Source: Chiloscyllium plagiosum (taxonomy: Eukaryota). Taken from it: 62,846 bases of DNA. Below, in pieces: positions 1 through 11,961 of this stretch. The notes beneath the pieces are model-generated. The model saw only the letters and a list, made by a program, of their open reading frames with translations, had not been told where the DNA came from and did not search any database. Numbering within the stretch: the stretch's first letter is position 1; every line of letters starts with the position of its first letter. The translations under genes were made by a program, and so were the position numbers. The stretch lies in assembly GCF_004010195.1 (NCBI RefSeq), contig NC_057719.1, positions 8,178,190 through 8,241,035 of the forward strand. The letters run 5' to 3'.

Positions 1-86
1 CCACTAAATTACTGCTGCAAAGCATGCCAACATCAGAGGTTCAAGATGAAGAACTGCCACCAGCTCCTCGGGGAAACTGGAAACAG
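1..86 (+). CDS. Candidate coding exon of an unidentified gene (open at window edge; TKLLLQSMPTSEVQDEELPPAPRGNWKQ)
   Basis: Open frame from base 3, ends CAG|gttata (phase 0). Followed by a 100 bp AT-rich intron-like segment with pyrimidine tract and AG at 185-186. No homology recognised. Confidence 0.35.
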
Positions 87-186
87 GTTATAAATATTAA
101 CCTCAAAAGGTCCTGATGAAAGAGAAGTTGACTACTTTGTGTTTCTTAAACTGATTTTGTTTTTAATAACCCTCCCTGATAATCAG

Positions 187-295
187 GAAGAAGAGTCTGA
201 CACTATCTTAAGGAGGGAGAGGTTGGAAAGTCTTCCTGTTGCACTATACAATCAAAACGATTCCCCTCCTAGCTGTTCCACTCCAAAAACAGGCT
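187..295 (+). CDS. Candidate coding exon (EEESDTILRRERLESLPVALYNQNDSPPSCSTPKTG)
   Basis: Acceptor ...ccctgataatcag|, strong donor |gtgagt at 296. Frame compatible with exon 1-86; non-repetitive sequence. Confidence 0.4.
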
Positions 296-628
296 GTGAG
301 TATACGCAGGGTTCTCTCAACCCACACCCTAATGTGTCAAGTGCAGCATTATGATAAAAGTGGGATCTTGGTAATGGTCAGTGTTTCTGTAATGATTAAT
401 ATCTCTAATTACAAAGTTGCTGACAAGAATCTCATGAGTGTTTAAGACTGGTTTTCTTCAGTGATAGCCATTGTGCCAATCCTAACACAACATTTGCAAA
501 AGCATTTCTGCTCTGTCGGGAGCAGATTACTTTTACAGAAATCTCAGTGAGGTACCAATGGGCATGTTTCCATTGTTTCTGCACACAACTGTTTGAAGAA
601 GAGTCACAAGTCCCAAGTATACTACGTG

Positions 629-1227
629 TATACACACACACACACGCACACACATGCACACACACATGCCCACACATTTAAGTCTATAGGGTGAATTTGC
701 ATTTGCAGAATTGTATTTGCAGGTACATTCTATTTTGCTCAAAAAGCACACAATCGACAGGCAGTCAATGCAGGCCGTCAATCCACGTGACATTTTATAA
801 ATTCCTACTTTGGAAATAGAACCAGTCTGACTCAAGATTAGAATACAGACAGACTAACCTCACACGTTTTAACTCATTGTCTGAGCTGAGATGTCACCTT
901 CTTTTATAAAACCCTAAGTTACCTCAGGATTGTGTCTTGAAAGAAGTTCTGGAATTTATATATTAATAAATCGAAGCCTGCAACCCATTCTAAAAGATGA
1001 AAGACTTAACAACAATCTAGGTTTGTTCAATATATCGTATCAGTTGCATGACACAATGATCTTGTGCTATAAATTCTGTGTCTTATGATCCCGTCTCATT
1101 ACCTACCTGATGAAGGAGCAGCACTCTGAAAGCTCGTGCTTCCAATTAAACCTGTTGGACTATAACCTGGTGTTGTGTGATCTTTAATTTCGTCCACCCC
1201 AGTCCAACACCGGCAGTTCCTCATCAT
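629..1227 (+). mobile_element. Penelope-like element terminal region (family A) with (CA)n tract and hammerhead motif
   Basis: Shares the terminus ctgatgaaggagcagc..gaaagct..gtgcttccaattaaacctgttggactataacctggtgttgtgtga..ccccagtccaacaccgg with copies at 4740, 5680, 57095 and 61325. Confidence 0.7.
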
Positions 1228-1538
1228 GGTGGCACGGTGGCACAGTGGTTAGCACTGCTGCCTCACAGCGCCAGGGAACCGGGTTCAATCCCTGCATCGG
1301 GCAACTGTCTATGTGGAGTTTGCACATTCTCCCTGTGTCTGCATGGGTTTCCTCCGGGTGCTCTGGTTTCCTCCCACAGTCCAAAGATGTGCAGGTTAGG
1401 TGAAATGGTCATGCTAAATTGCCCATAGTGTTAGATGAAGGGGTAAATATGGGGGAATGGCTCTGGGTGGGTTGCTTTTCGGAGGGTCGGTGTGGACTTG
1501 TTGGGCCGAAGGGCCTGTTTCCACACTAAGTAATCTAA
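1228..1538 (+). mobile_element. HE1-like tRNA-derived SINE
   Basis: Pol III A box tggcacagtgg (1238-1248), B box ggttcaatcc (1282-1291), CR1-like 3' tail gggcctgtttccacac; four further copies in the window. Confidence 0.9.
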
Positions 1539-1802
1539 ACGAGAGAAAGTGTGTGTTTTTTATCCAAATAACCACTCTTTGGTCATATTGCTATACAGTT
1601 ATGCACATCTTGAAGGGTACATGGGTGTTTCCTGACTCTTTGCTACACTGAGTAGGCACATTCAGGATAACCAAGACACCCTTCCCCTCCAAAATACAGC
1701 TCAAAAAAAAACATTATTGAGTGGAGGGTGAAGGATGTCAGTGTCATTAACTTCTTTCTGCAGGAATATCACTTAGCTTGTTGTAATTCTCTTTCCTTGC
1801 AG

Positions 1803-1924
1803 CACCAGATGACAGCAGCAGACGCAGAAATCTGCCTTTCAGAAAGGAAGATGCAAGCCAAGGACAAGAGCTCAGCAGGGCAGCTAATGGAAGAAAGTCT
1901 CCTGCAGAAAAAGACAAGTATTAG
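1803..1924 (+). CDS. Candidate (possibly terminal) coding exon (..PDDSSRRRNLPFRKEDASQGQELSRAANGRKSPAEKDKY*)
   Basis: Strong acceptor ttctctttccttgcag|. Phase-1 continuation from exon 187-295 is open to TAG at 1922-1924. Another frame is also open, so the frame is uncertain. Confidence 0.3.
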
Positions 1925-2834
1925 ACCGTAAAGTCCGAGTCTGTGTGTTTTTCCAGCAGCTTTAATGGATGTCAGCTTACCTTGTATCAAGCAGGGTGGC
2001 TGAGAGCATTTACTGAAATGTGTTCCCATCCATTATATACGAGACAGCAGCAGGCAGTCCGAGTGCCTTTAAAAACAGTCTTTTCAATTTATTTTCTTTG
2101 TATTTACCAACACCAGAAGTGTGTGCTGAAATTAATATTGGAAAGAGTACAACTTATTAGGGATTATTACTGATGGGCAATAATTGCTGTCTTAGCCAGC
2201 AACACCCACATCCCATGAACGAATATATTTTTTTTTGAAAATGTAAAACCCTACATTTGCATTGGTTCCATCCGATGCAGTTCATGGAGGAGGGTGTTAG
2301 CTTGGTAATGGCCAGAGGTTCTTGGTTTCAGATATTCAAGGAAGCTTTAAAAATGATCCCTCAGAGCAATTTAAAAGCAGAGGTAATGTGTGAGAAGGGT
2401 CTGTTCTTCAACATTAGATCTGTCTCATTGAAGATAACATAAGGAGCTGCAGTGAAGTTCTAGGCTGGAAGAACAGAATGACGCCCTTGTCTCTCTCTGT
2501 ATCTGCTCTTTTTTGTGAGGGAGGCCATTATTTTGACAACTTCCCTTAATGAAGCTGCAATTTGGGGCATCTGTCAATCCTGTGATGAAGAGGTGCCCTC
2601 CACTCATCTGCTGTTATCCTATTCTCTTTCAGGCATTCAGCTTTACTGAAACGCAGACAATTCTAAAACCCTTAAGTAAATGAAAGTTTTGCTCAGTTAT
2701 GTCCCAGGCATAAACAAATTGGAGATGGGGCAGAACCACAACTGACTGGAAGAGTATCAGCCATTTCCAAATGCTCCACTCTTGTTCATTTGTCAGAAAC
2801 CCACAGAGGAAGTTTTTTGTTAGAGTTCTAATTT

Positions 2835-3015
2835 TAAAAAGACAGAAATTGCTGGAAAATCTCAGCAAGTCTGGCAGTACCCGTGGAGAGAAATTAGAAT
2901 TAACGTTCCTTGTTCTGAGCAAGGGTCATGGGACCCAAAACATTAACACTGATTTCTCTCCACAGATGCTGCCAGACCTGCTGAGATTTTCCAGCAATTT
3001 CTGTTTTTGTTTCAG
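2835..3015. mobile_element. Palindromic Penelope-derived short element (family C)
   Basis: Inverted arms acagaaattgctggaaaatctcagca.. / ..tgctgagattttccagcaatttctgt with a decayed hammerhead core (ctgagcaagggtc..gacccaaaac) near the centre. Confidence 0.7.
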
Positions 3016-4739
3016 CTGTCTAGCACCTGCATTTCTTTTGGGGTTTTTTTCTCTCTAAAAATATTGGCTTTGCAATTCATTGAGGTAACACCTCACAAGT
3101 TTACTTCTGTCCTTTCTTTCGGACCCTCCAAACCTGAAAGGGTTTGGTTGCTATTTTTGAAACAAAAATGAATGTTGTGGTGGGAGCAGATGGGCATACT
3201 ATGAGCCTGATTTTCATAGTCTCATGGAGACAGCCTTGGAAGTGCGTGGGGCCTCGAAATGGGGAGAAAGCTGCATTGGGACAGCTCCCTCAGGGAGCTG
3301 ACTCTGGTCCTATACTACTGCACATGTGACAATAGCCATGCTGTGCTGTAGCTCAATAATGCTCACCCCTCCTCCTCCCTTCTTTTCAGAGATTATCCAT
3401 AAAGTTCAAAAGTAAGAAAAGTTGCAGTGAAACTTTATTTAAAAACTGCTTCAGCAACCAACTAACGCATCCAATTCTAGCTACCATGCTTTAGGAAGGA
3501 TTTGACAGTGTGGGAGAGGGTGGAGAAGAGATTTACAAGAATTGTTACAAAGATGAGGGACTTCATTTGGAGGAGCTGGGGCTGTAGTCCTGGAAGGTTG
3601 AGGGGTTCTTTGATAGATGTGTTCCAAATCATATGAGATCTGGACAGAAAGTAGGTGGAGAGAAACTGTTTGTGTTAGTAGAAGTTGGCTAAAGAATGAA
3701 AGGTTATATGAAGAAAAGACATTTTTACACAATGGGAGGTTAGATCTGGAGTGCATGCTGAGACTACAAGCTCAGTGGAGGCAGCTTCCCTGCTATGGGC
3801 TGCTGTTGGAGCAGGTAAGCAGGCAAGGCCACACTCTCAGACCAAGCTGATACTTGTGGAAGAGTTTGCCTTACGCTCTGATATACAGGATTACCTCTGG
3901 GCCTCTTGATTTGTGTCTCTGCATCTCTGAGGGCACATTCAGGAAGATTGGACTATTGGGTGTTGCAGTGGAAAGTTGGGTTCAGACTCCATGTGGACCT
4001 GATGTCGGGTTGAAAAGCCTGCAGTCAAACTCAGACCCTTATTTAGCTTTGCGTTGTCTAGTAAGATTAGGCAGGTGAGGGTCTGTGAAAGTTGCCTATA
4101 TTAGGTGCATGAAATTCAGTATGGTCTTTAGCAGAGGTAAGATCTTGTTCCTTCTCCTTCTCCTGTAATCTTCCTATTTGGTTCAACAAAGTGCTGTAAG
4201 TGCTAGCTTTGACCTTGCCAACTTATACCATCCAGACACAGCCCTCATGGATGAGGTCCAGCCATTCTGCACATTGTTCTGAATTGTAGAAAGGTCAGGC
4301 ATTTATGTCTTCAGGCCTTATTAACCTGTTAGTTGATCCTCTCATCGGTCATCAGGTGGGACCTTATTTCCGACGGTCCATGGAGAAACGTTGCTCTGCT
4401 TCAGACTGATGGCCAAAAATCATGGCAGCTATCGTCAATTTCAGAAGATGATGATCTTGCAGTTCATAGAATGCCAAAGTCATTATGTGTACAAGATCCC
4501 ATACATCTCAGAAGTTGTATTTCTTGTATCCATTTAGGTTGATTTAACTGCGTCGAAGACCATCTGTCACACTGCACTGAGTGTAAAGAGTCGGTTGAGT
4601 CTCATGCGGTTCTTCAGAAACCTTGCACTTAAATGCCCCACTGGGGAAACATACTAAAAACTGCAGAAATTGTGAGGCGGGGAGAAAGTGTTCAACTGCT
4701 GCGTGCACCAAATGTCTGAAGAAATTTGAAGAGAATCAA

Positions 4740-4895
4740 GTTAAAAGTCGCACAACATCAGGTTATAGTCCAACAGGATGAAGGAGCAGCACTCCGAAAG
4801 CTAGTGCTTCCAATTAAACCTTTTGGACTATAACCTGGTGTTGTGTGATTTTTAACTTTGTACACCCCAGTCCAACCACCGGCATCTCCAAATCA
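4740..4895. mobile_element. Penelope family A terminus with 5' inverted segment
   Basis: gttaaaagtcgcacaacatcaggttatagtccaacagg is the reverse complement of the downstream ..ttggactataacctggtgttgtgtgatttttaac. Confidence 0.75.
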
Positions 4896-5679
4896 TGAGG
4901 AGAACAAGTTTGAATGAAGCAGCATTGTTCACAACCCTGATATTAAGAAACAGGATGTTTGGAGCTGGTCTACAGAAATTGAGGCCAATCTTTGGAATTC
5001 CATTGATCGTTGAAGTGCCTTGTACAATACTGAATTCGAATGATTGATTGACTTCCTTTGCGCAATCAGCGTCTTCCTTACACAATATCCTCAGGTGGGC
5101 AAACTACAGATTTTTGCTGAGCCAATGGCTCAGGTGGAGCATCACTTATTTGGTTCCAAATCAGCTGGGATGTCTTATTCGCCTGTCATTTAATATTGGA
5201 GAGCTTTAGCAAAATAAGATATACTGTTTTATTTAATGTAAAGGTATGTTTTAAGCCTACAGCTGATTCCTAATTACTGTCCATCTCATCCCAGCAAAGA
5301 CTTTTCAAGATATTAAATACATCATATTAATACTGTCAAGCAGTGGACAAAATCAGCATCTATCATTTTCCAAAATTTCCAGTCCTAATACATAAAATGA
5401 TTATCCATTCTCACAGTATTCACAGTCATTTGGAGGATTAATTAATTTGCCAAAACCCCAATTCCCACTTCCATTAATTAGGCTTCGTAATGGTCCTGTA
5501 AGTTACTTGAATATCATGCTTACATTGTCATTCAAGCCAAAAATGGCCAAGAGGTAATTTCTTTCCAACGCTTCATTTCACCAGCCTCAATGAGTAATTT
5601 TCTCACCAGTCAGAAAGCCTCATAATGCTTTACTCAAAACACTTCCTGAAGTTGTTGTTTAAAGTCAGTACTTTATACA

Positions 5680-5890
5680 GTTAAAAGTCACAACACCAAA
5701 TTAGAGTCCAACAGGTTTATTTGAAATCACAAGCTTTCAGAGTGCTGCTCCTTCGTCAGGTGAAATGCGCTTCACCGAATGAATGAGCAGCGCTCAGAAA
5801 GCTTGCGATTTCAAATAGATCTGTTGAACTATAACCTGGTGTTGTGTGACTTCTGACTTTGTCCACCCCAGTCCAACACCTCCACGTCCT
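5680..5890. mobile_element. Palindromic Penelope family A short element
   Basis: Inverted arms of ~85 bp centred near 5765; hammerhead-like core on minus (5734-5759) and a decayed one on plus. Confidence 0.75.
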
Positions 5891-7274
5891 GACTTTATAC
5901 AGTCTTGCTGGCTGTAGTGGTGCACGCTTGAGAGCAAATTAATCTGAGTCATATTTGGCCTCGTCCTGTGCTGTAAATTGATTAGTCCTTGTGTACTGGC
6001 CAGCATTTTACACACTGTCTAATTCTGTGTGCAATCCCTAATGCAAGATTGTTGGCAAGTGTTGCTGCTGAGCGCTGGCTCTGTGGCCACCCATGTTCTG
6101 ACGAGACATTTGTTGCCATTCTCTCTGGCAGTACCACATTACAGCACCAGATGTGCAGAGCCAAGATGTAAAATACTCAGTGTGGCAGTGTTTCACGTAT
6201 GTTCACCCATTCTAGTGAGTTGTCAAACTGAGGTCTGAGCTGCCTATTCTGGTGGGCCAGATAGACATTAGTGAACCCTCTGACATGTTTTGAGGAGGAG
6301 CTATTTCCAAGCCTCGGTCAGAAATCATGCCTCAACTAATGTCTCTTGAAAATATATCAGCATAGTGTCATGGAGGTGACATCTTCCCAATTGTATTTTG
6401 CATAATCCTGTGTGTTTTGTGCTTTGAGATATCTTCATGTGATTAGATACCATATAAATTTAAAAACCTATTTATTTACTGACACCATAACTTGCATTTT
6501 ACATGACAAAGTATTTAATCTTTGTAGAATTTGAAGAGTCAAGGTGCACAGAAATATAACTTTTATTTTCCACCTGAAATTAATCGGACATCCTGCTCCC
6601 AGTATTTAATTCGTTATGGATTTACTTGGATTGAGCTGTAATTTGCCACTCAGGTTATTTAAAGCATATTTGACTTGCTGTTTGAATAAAATCACTGTGC
6701 AGATTGATTTAGTGATTGTTGGAATACTGATTTTTAAAGAAATGAATAAGATGAAAAGAATTTTAATAAATGCTGTATTTACAACTTTAATGACTGAAGA
6801 AACCTGTTCATTTCCCAAAGGATCTTCATCTGCGCAGTAAAGGGTAGGGAATGATCAGCTCATTTCACAGATGGATGGACCATGTTAACAACTGGTTACT
6901 TTTGTTACCCAGCACCTGCATCCAGCAATCCCAAGTCAGGCATAATACTTGTCATATGCAGCAAAGATTTGTCTGAAAGCATTTCTTCTGATTCCATCAG
7001 TTTGAACATGCACATAACCTTTCCTGTAGCCTCTGGGCATTGGTTTCACTTCTCAGGTTTGGAGTCTAGAAGAGCTTATTGAATCTGACATTGACCCTTG
7101 ACATTTGAAGCTGAAAGGATGTTTCCCCTTCTGGGACAGGCGAACACAGGAAGGGGCAGTCAAGTGGATCTGTCAGTATCCTTTGAGTACATCTATCTTT
7201 TTGATGTAGGGTGTATTAATTACCCTAGCTATGCAATCTTCCAGCTGAGGTATTGGATAGAAATCAGCTACAGT

Positions 7275-7615
7275 CATTGTAGTAGGGGGAGACTGTTAAT
7301 CCAGAGATCCAGCCAATGTTGTGAGAACCCGGGTTCAAATCCTGCCACAACAGATGGTGAAATTGAATCCAATAAATATCTGGAATTAAGAGTCTAACCA
7401 TGACTATGAATCCATTGTCATTCGTCAAAAAAATCTATGTGATTCACTCATGCGCATTAGGGAAGGGAATCTGCCATCTTTACCTAGTCTGGCCTGCATG
7501 TGACTCCAGATCCACAGCATTGTGGTTGACTCTTACCTACCAACAGGGCATTTAGGGATGGGCAATGTATGCTGGCCTAGCCAGTGATGTCCTCTTCCTG
7601 TGAATGAATAAAAGA
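7275..7615 (+). mobile_element. SacSINE1/DeuSINE-like SINE
   Basis: B box ggttcaaatcc, body ..gaatccaataaatatctggaattaagagtc..tgtgactccaga.., and 3' tail gggcatttagggatgggcaat..gaatgaataaaa shared with the LINE at 25330-27570. Confidence 0.7.
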
Positions 7616-7639
7616 AGCTAGTGGAGATGTCCACCTGAG

Positions 7640-8263
7640 CTTACCAGGGAGCTCCAGCTACTGCTGCTAAACTCTCTGAGTTGGTGCTCCAACATGTATT
7701 TAATTGCCTCTGGAACCTGGGAGAATTTTACTGGGTGTAGAAAATAGAGAGGTTGCCTCATGGAAGGAGCCTCTATCACATCCACACCATGTGGAATGAG
7801 GGTGGTGGAGCTTGGCATTTCTCTGCTTAAACTTTTTAAATGCAGTGAACAGCATCAGCAAGTCTGTGCTGCGCTTAGATGGGTGAGTAAGGAATCTAAC
7901 TTTGAGAGTATTTCTGTATTGGTTAGTATCAATGTGGGTCTCTCCCATGTCTTCCTCCAGTTGTCCCCAGGGCTACCCTCATCCTCTAAGGCAATAGGAC
8001 AGACTGTTACCCACTTGTCCATTTCTTGATGGTGGTTTGGCTTTATCAAGTTGGCATGATACAGCCTCTTTTTGTCACTGTCTGGTGTCTCAGTGGGGCA
8101 GTTCACTACCCTGAGCTGCTTTGCTGCTGTGGGCAGGTCATTGAACTGGGCATTGAGGCAGGACCACTAACACCTGATCTCCTGGCTGAAATGTTCAGGC
8201 CCTAGCATATTTGTCTCCCTATTTTATCATAGCTGATTGGGAGATTTCTTACTATGTTAAGGC
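7640..8263 (-). mobile_element. Gmr1-like Gypsy LTR retrotransposon pol relic (integrase C-terminus followed by RT N-terminus)
   Basis: Minus translation DKYARA*TFQPGDQVLVVL..VVNCPTETPDSDKKRLYHANLIKP (integrase GPY/F region), then HGVDVIEAPSMRQPLY..EAIKYMLEHQLREFSSSSWSS (RT start). Stops and frameshifts present. Confidence 0.75.
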
Positions 8264-8265
8264 TA

Positions 8266-9835
8266 CAGGTCAATCTGCTATAATGCGGCAGTTGTGTTCC
8301 TCTGCACCCTTGCACTTTGGATATTACACTGTGGAAAACCGCTATAAAATATCACACTATGGACAACCGCTATAGAATATCACACTGTGGACAACCGCTA
8401 TAGAATATCACACTGTGGACAACTGCTATGGAAAATCATGCTATGGAAAATCACGCCATGGACAACCGCTATGGAAAATCACGCCGTGGACAACCGCTAT
8501 AGATTATCACACTGTGGACAACTGCTATGGAAAATCACGCTATGGAAAATCATGCCGTGGACTACCGCTATGGAAAACCGCTATGGAAAATCACACTGTG
8601 GACAACCGCTATGGAAAATCACACTGTGGAAAACCACTATGGAAAACCGCTATGGAAAATCACACTTTGGAAAACCACTATGGAAAACCGCTATGGAAAA
8701 TCACACTGTGGAAAACCACTATGGAAAACCGCTATGGAAAATCACACTGTGGAAAACCACTATGGAAAACCGCTATGGAAAATCACATGGACAACTGCTA
8801 TGGAAAATCATGCTATGGAAAATCATGCTATGGAAAATCACACCATGGACAACCGCTATGGAAAATCACACTGTGGACAACCGCTATAGATTATCACACT
8901 GTGGACAACTGCTATGGAAAATCACACTATGGAAAATCACGCGATGGAAAATCACGCCGTGGACTACCGCTATGGAAAACCGCTATGGAAAATCACACTG
9001 TGGACAACCCCTATGGAAAATCACACTGTGGAAAACCACTATGGAAAACCGCTATGGAAAATCACACTTTGGACAACCGCTATGGAAAACCACACTGTGG
9101 AAAACCACTATGGAAAATCATGCGATAGAAAATCGCACTATGGAAAACTGCTATAGAAAATCACGTTATGAAAAATTACTATATAAAATTGCGTTATGGA
9201 AATCAGCGATAGAAAATCACAGTATGGAAAACTGCTATGGAAAGTCACTCTATGGGAAACCACTGTGGAAAATCACACTGTGGAAAACCACTATGGAAAA
9301 TCATGCAATGGAAAACCACTATGGGAAATCACACTATGGAAAATCACGCTGTTGAAAACCACTATGGAAAATCATGCAATGGAAAACCGCTATGGAAAAT
9401 CACCCTATGGAAAACTGCTATAGAAAATCATGCTATGGAAAACCACTATAGAAAATTGTGTTATGGAAAACATTTATAGAAAATCACACCATGGAAAACC
9501 GCTATGGAAAACCACTGTGGAAAACCACTATAGAAAATTGTGCTTTGGAAAACATTTATAGAAAATCACACTGTGGATAACTGCTGTAGAAAATTATGCT
9601 ATGGAAAATCACGCTATGGAAAATCACGCGATTAAAAATCGCTACAGAAAATCGTGCTGTGGAAAATCGCTACGGAAAATCATGCTATGGAAATGCACAG
9701 AATGGAAAAACGCTATAGAAAATCTCTATGCCCGTTCAGTAGAAAGTTTGCGTTATCCAAGTAACATCCACAATTTGATAATTGCATTATAGCCAATTCA
9801 TGCTGGTGCAATGTGCATTATAACAGAACAACCTA
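8266..9835. mobile_element. Tc1/mariner-pogo (Tigger-like) MITE with internally expanded tandem array
   Basis: 21 bp terminal inverted repeats caggtcaatctgctataatgc (8266-8286) / gcattataacagaacaaccta (9815-9835), 16/21 match, flanked by TA (8264-8265, 9836-9837). Removing the element restores the Gypsy integrase frame. Confidence 0.75.
8325..9730 (+). repeat. Compound minisatellite of 13 bp (CTATGGAAAACCG) and 15 bp (CTATGGAAAATCACA) units
   Basis: Directly visible. Higher-order ~390-400 bp duplication marked by variants agattatc (8501, 8888), ggactacc (8559, 8961) and cactttgg (8663, 9065). Confidence 0.95.
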
Positions 9836-9837
9836 TA

Positions 9838-10060
9838 TATCACAGGCTGTTATAAGTCACTGCCTGATCTCTTGTTTTGTTGTCTAATATGGAGATTTCC
9901 TCCTCCTGTTCTAGAAGCCTCTTCTTGGTTGGATTCAGAGGCCACATGGTGCCAGAAAGTACATACAATGGAATAAACTCAATAGACACATTGAATGAGT
10001 CCCTGGTGTCACACAGAAGAGAACCTAGTCCTTGACCCCAGTCATACTTGCCTGGCCCCT
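9838..10060 (-). mobile_element. Gmr1-like Gypsy integrase relic, upstream part
   Basis: Minus translation KYDWGQGLGSLLCDTRDSFNVSIEFIP..KKRLLEQEEEISILD..LITACDIA resembles the end of a Gypsy integrase core; contiguous with 8263 across the MITE. Confidence 0.65.
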
Positions 10061-10189
10061 GTTGCTCTTTGTTCCTTTAAGTGTGTTATTAGCGGGAAGG
10101 GTGTGGAGTTCTTACATTTCTCACTGATTATTTTGTGGAGGTTTCTGGAGATGATTTCCACTTCTTACAATTCTTGCACAGGATGTATG

Positions 10190-10530
10190 TAGGGCATCAC
10201 TGGCAGGTCTAGCATTTGTTATCTGCCCCTAATTGCCCTTGAACTGAATGTCTTACTAGGCAGAGGACAGTTAAAGTCAACCACATTCCTCTATAGGCCT
10301 AGAGTCACGTGTAGGCTAGATCAGGTAACTACAGCTTCTTTTTTCCCTGAAGGACATTAATGAGTCAGATGGGTTTTTTTATAGCAATCGATGGTGATTG
10401 CATGGTTGAGATTAAACTTGCTTTTTAATTGTAGATTTTTAAAATTCAAATTTCACCATCTTCTAAGCTGGGATTTGAACCAATGTTCGCAGACGATTAG
10501 GGTGGAGCTCTTGGTTACTAATCCAGAGAG
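10190..10530 (-). mobile_element. SacSINE1/DeuSINE-like SINE (decayed)
   Basis: Reverse complement of the family at 7275 (gccctaattgccc, gagtcacgtgtaggc, gggatttgaacc B box). Confidence 0.65.
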
Positions 10531-10944
10531 TGTCTCCTAGAAGTTCCAATTCACAATTGGATACCCTCAAATGAATGTACTTCTAAGTGAGGAGTGATGA
10601 TCTGTTTTCCCTTCTTAATTCAATCCCTCTCTGAGTTGGTTACTGCACAGTTAATTTAAAAGGCACCCCTTCTCTGTAGATACCTTTCCCCAGTCCAAAT
10701 TTTGCAAGGAATTAAATCACCCTTTAATTCAAGAAAGTCTGGGTGAGGTTTTTTGCTGCTAAATGCTAGAAAAGGTAACATAATGCAACACACATTCGCA
10801 AAGATTACAATGTGAATTGAGTGAAAAGATAACAATTAAGAAGATATACTAATCAGACCCTGGATTGCGGAGAAGAGTGGGTGATGGATCATTACACCAT
10901 TAACTTGGATGATAACAAGAACACTGATATGGTAGTCTGTCCAA

Positions 10945-11115
10945 CTGTTCTCTCTCTTTGAGCTCTATCACCACCCATCATTTACTCTTTAGTCTCCTTC
11001 CCAACACTATTTTCTGCATATAAACCATCAGTTCTGAGGAAGGGTCATTCAACCCAAAATGTTAAGTGTGTTTTCAGTCCAGAGCTTTTCCAGCAATGTT
11101 GTTTTTGTTTGTGAT
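10945..11115 (+). mobile_element. Penelope family C terminal fragment
   Basis: ctgaggaagggtcattcaacccaaaatgtt core followed by gagcttttccagcaat..gtttttgttt. Confidence 0.6.
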
Positions 11116-11432
11116 ATGGTGGTAAAGCAGTTCAACTTGAGATATTTGGCTTTCAAAGTTTGCTGACAGGTTTTTTTTCCTGTTTCCTGATTTCAGTGGT
11201 TGACCTGGCTTCCTGCAGTTAGAATAATTTACCTGCACTGCAAGGGTATCTAATGGCTGTCCTCAAGCTGTGAGCTTCACAGCGCACAGCTCTCTCAAGT
11301 ACATCAGCCCACTAGCACACTAAGATTGGGTTTGAAGGGAATTTTGACCCCTGTTATTGTGTATTCCTGAGAGAAAAACATAAACATGTCTTTAAGACTC
11401 GTCCACAGTCTGGGGTATAACCCTGCTGAGAG

Positions 11433-11961
11433 GAGTCATAAAGTCATAGAGATGTACAGCACAGAAGCTGCCCCTTCGGTCCAATCCATTCCAACCAGAT
11501 ATCCCAACCCAATCTAGTCCCACCTGCCAGCACCTAGCCTATATCCGTCCAAACCCTTCCTGTTCATGTACCCATTCAGATGCCTTTTAAATGTTGCAAT
11601 TGTACCAGCTTCCACCAATTCCTCTGGCAGCTTATTCCACACACACACCACCCTCTGCATGAAAAAGTTGCCCCTTAGGTCTTTTTTATATCTTTCCCCT
11701 CTCACCCTAAACATATGCCCTCCAGTTCTGGATTCCCCGACCCTAGGGAAAAGACTTTGGCTATTTATCCGATCCATTTCCCTCAATTTTGTAAACCTCT
11801 ATAATGTCACCCCTCAGCCTCCAACACTCCAGGGAAAACAGCCCCAGCCTGTTCAGCCCCTCCCAATGGCTCAAATCCTCCAACTCTGGCAACACGCTTA
11901 TAAATCTTTTCTGAACCCTTTCAAGTTTCACAACATCTTTCCGATAGGAAGGAGACCAGAA
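11433..11961 (-). mobile_element. CR1 (HER1-like) LINE 3' fragment
   Basis: ORF2 C-terminus (LFPRVGESRTGGH..RGNFF..VWNKLP) and (ctatgact)n-type tail. Confidence 0.9.

Noticed and set aside
1228..1300. tRNA gene
   Set aside because: The A/B boxes are the head of a multi-copy SINE and continue into SINE body and LINE-like tail.
3780..4700. Complex-looking non-repetitive segment, possible pseudogene
   Set aside because: No long frame on either strand and no motif I could recognise.
8325..9730. Long ORFs (322 aa, 237 aa) and CRISPR-like periodicity
   Set aside because: The ORFs arise from a stop-poor tandem repeat and give the same peptides in all frames. There are no unique spacers, no cas genes, and the context is eukaryotic.
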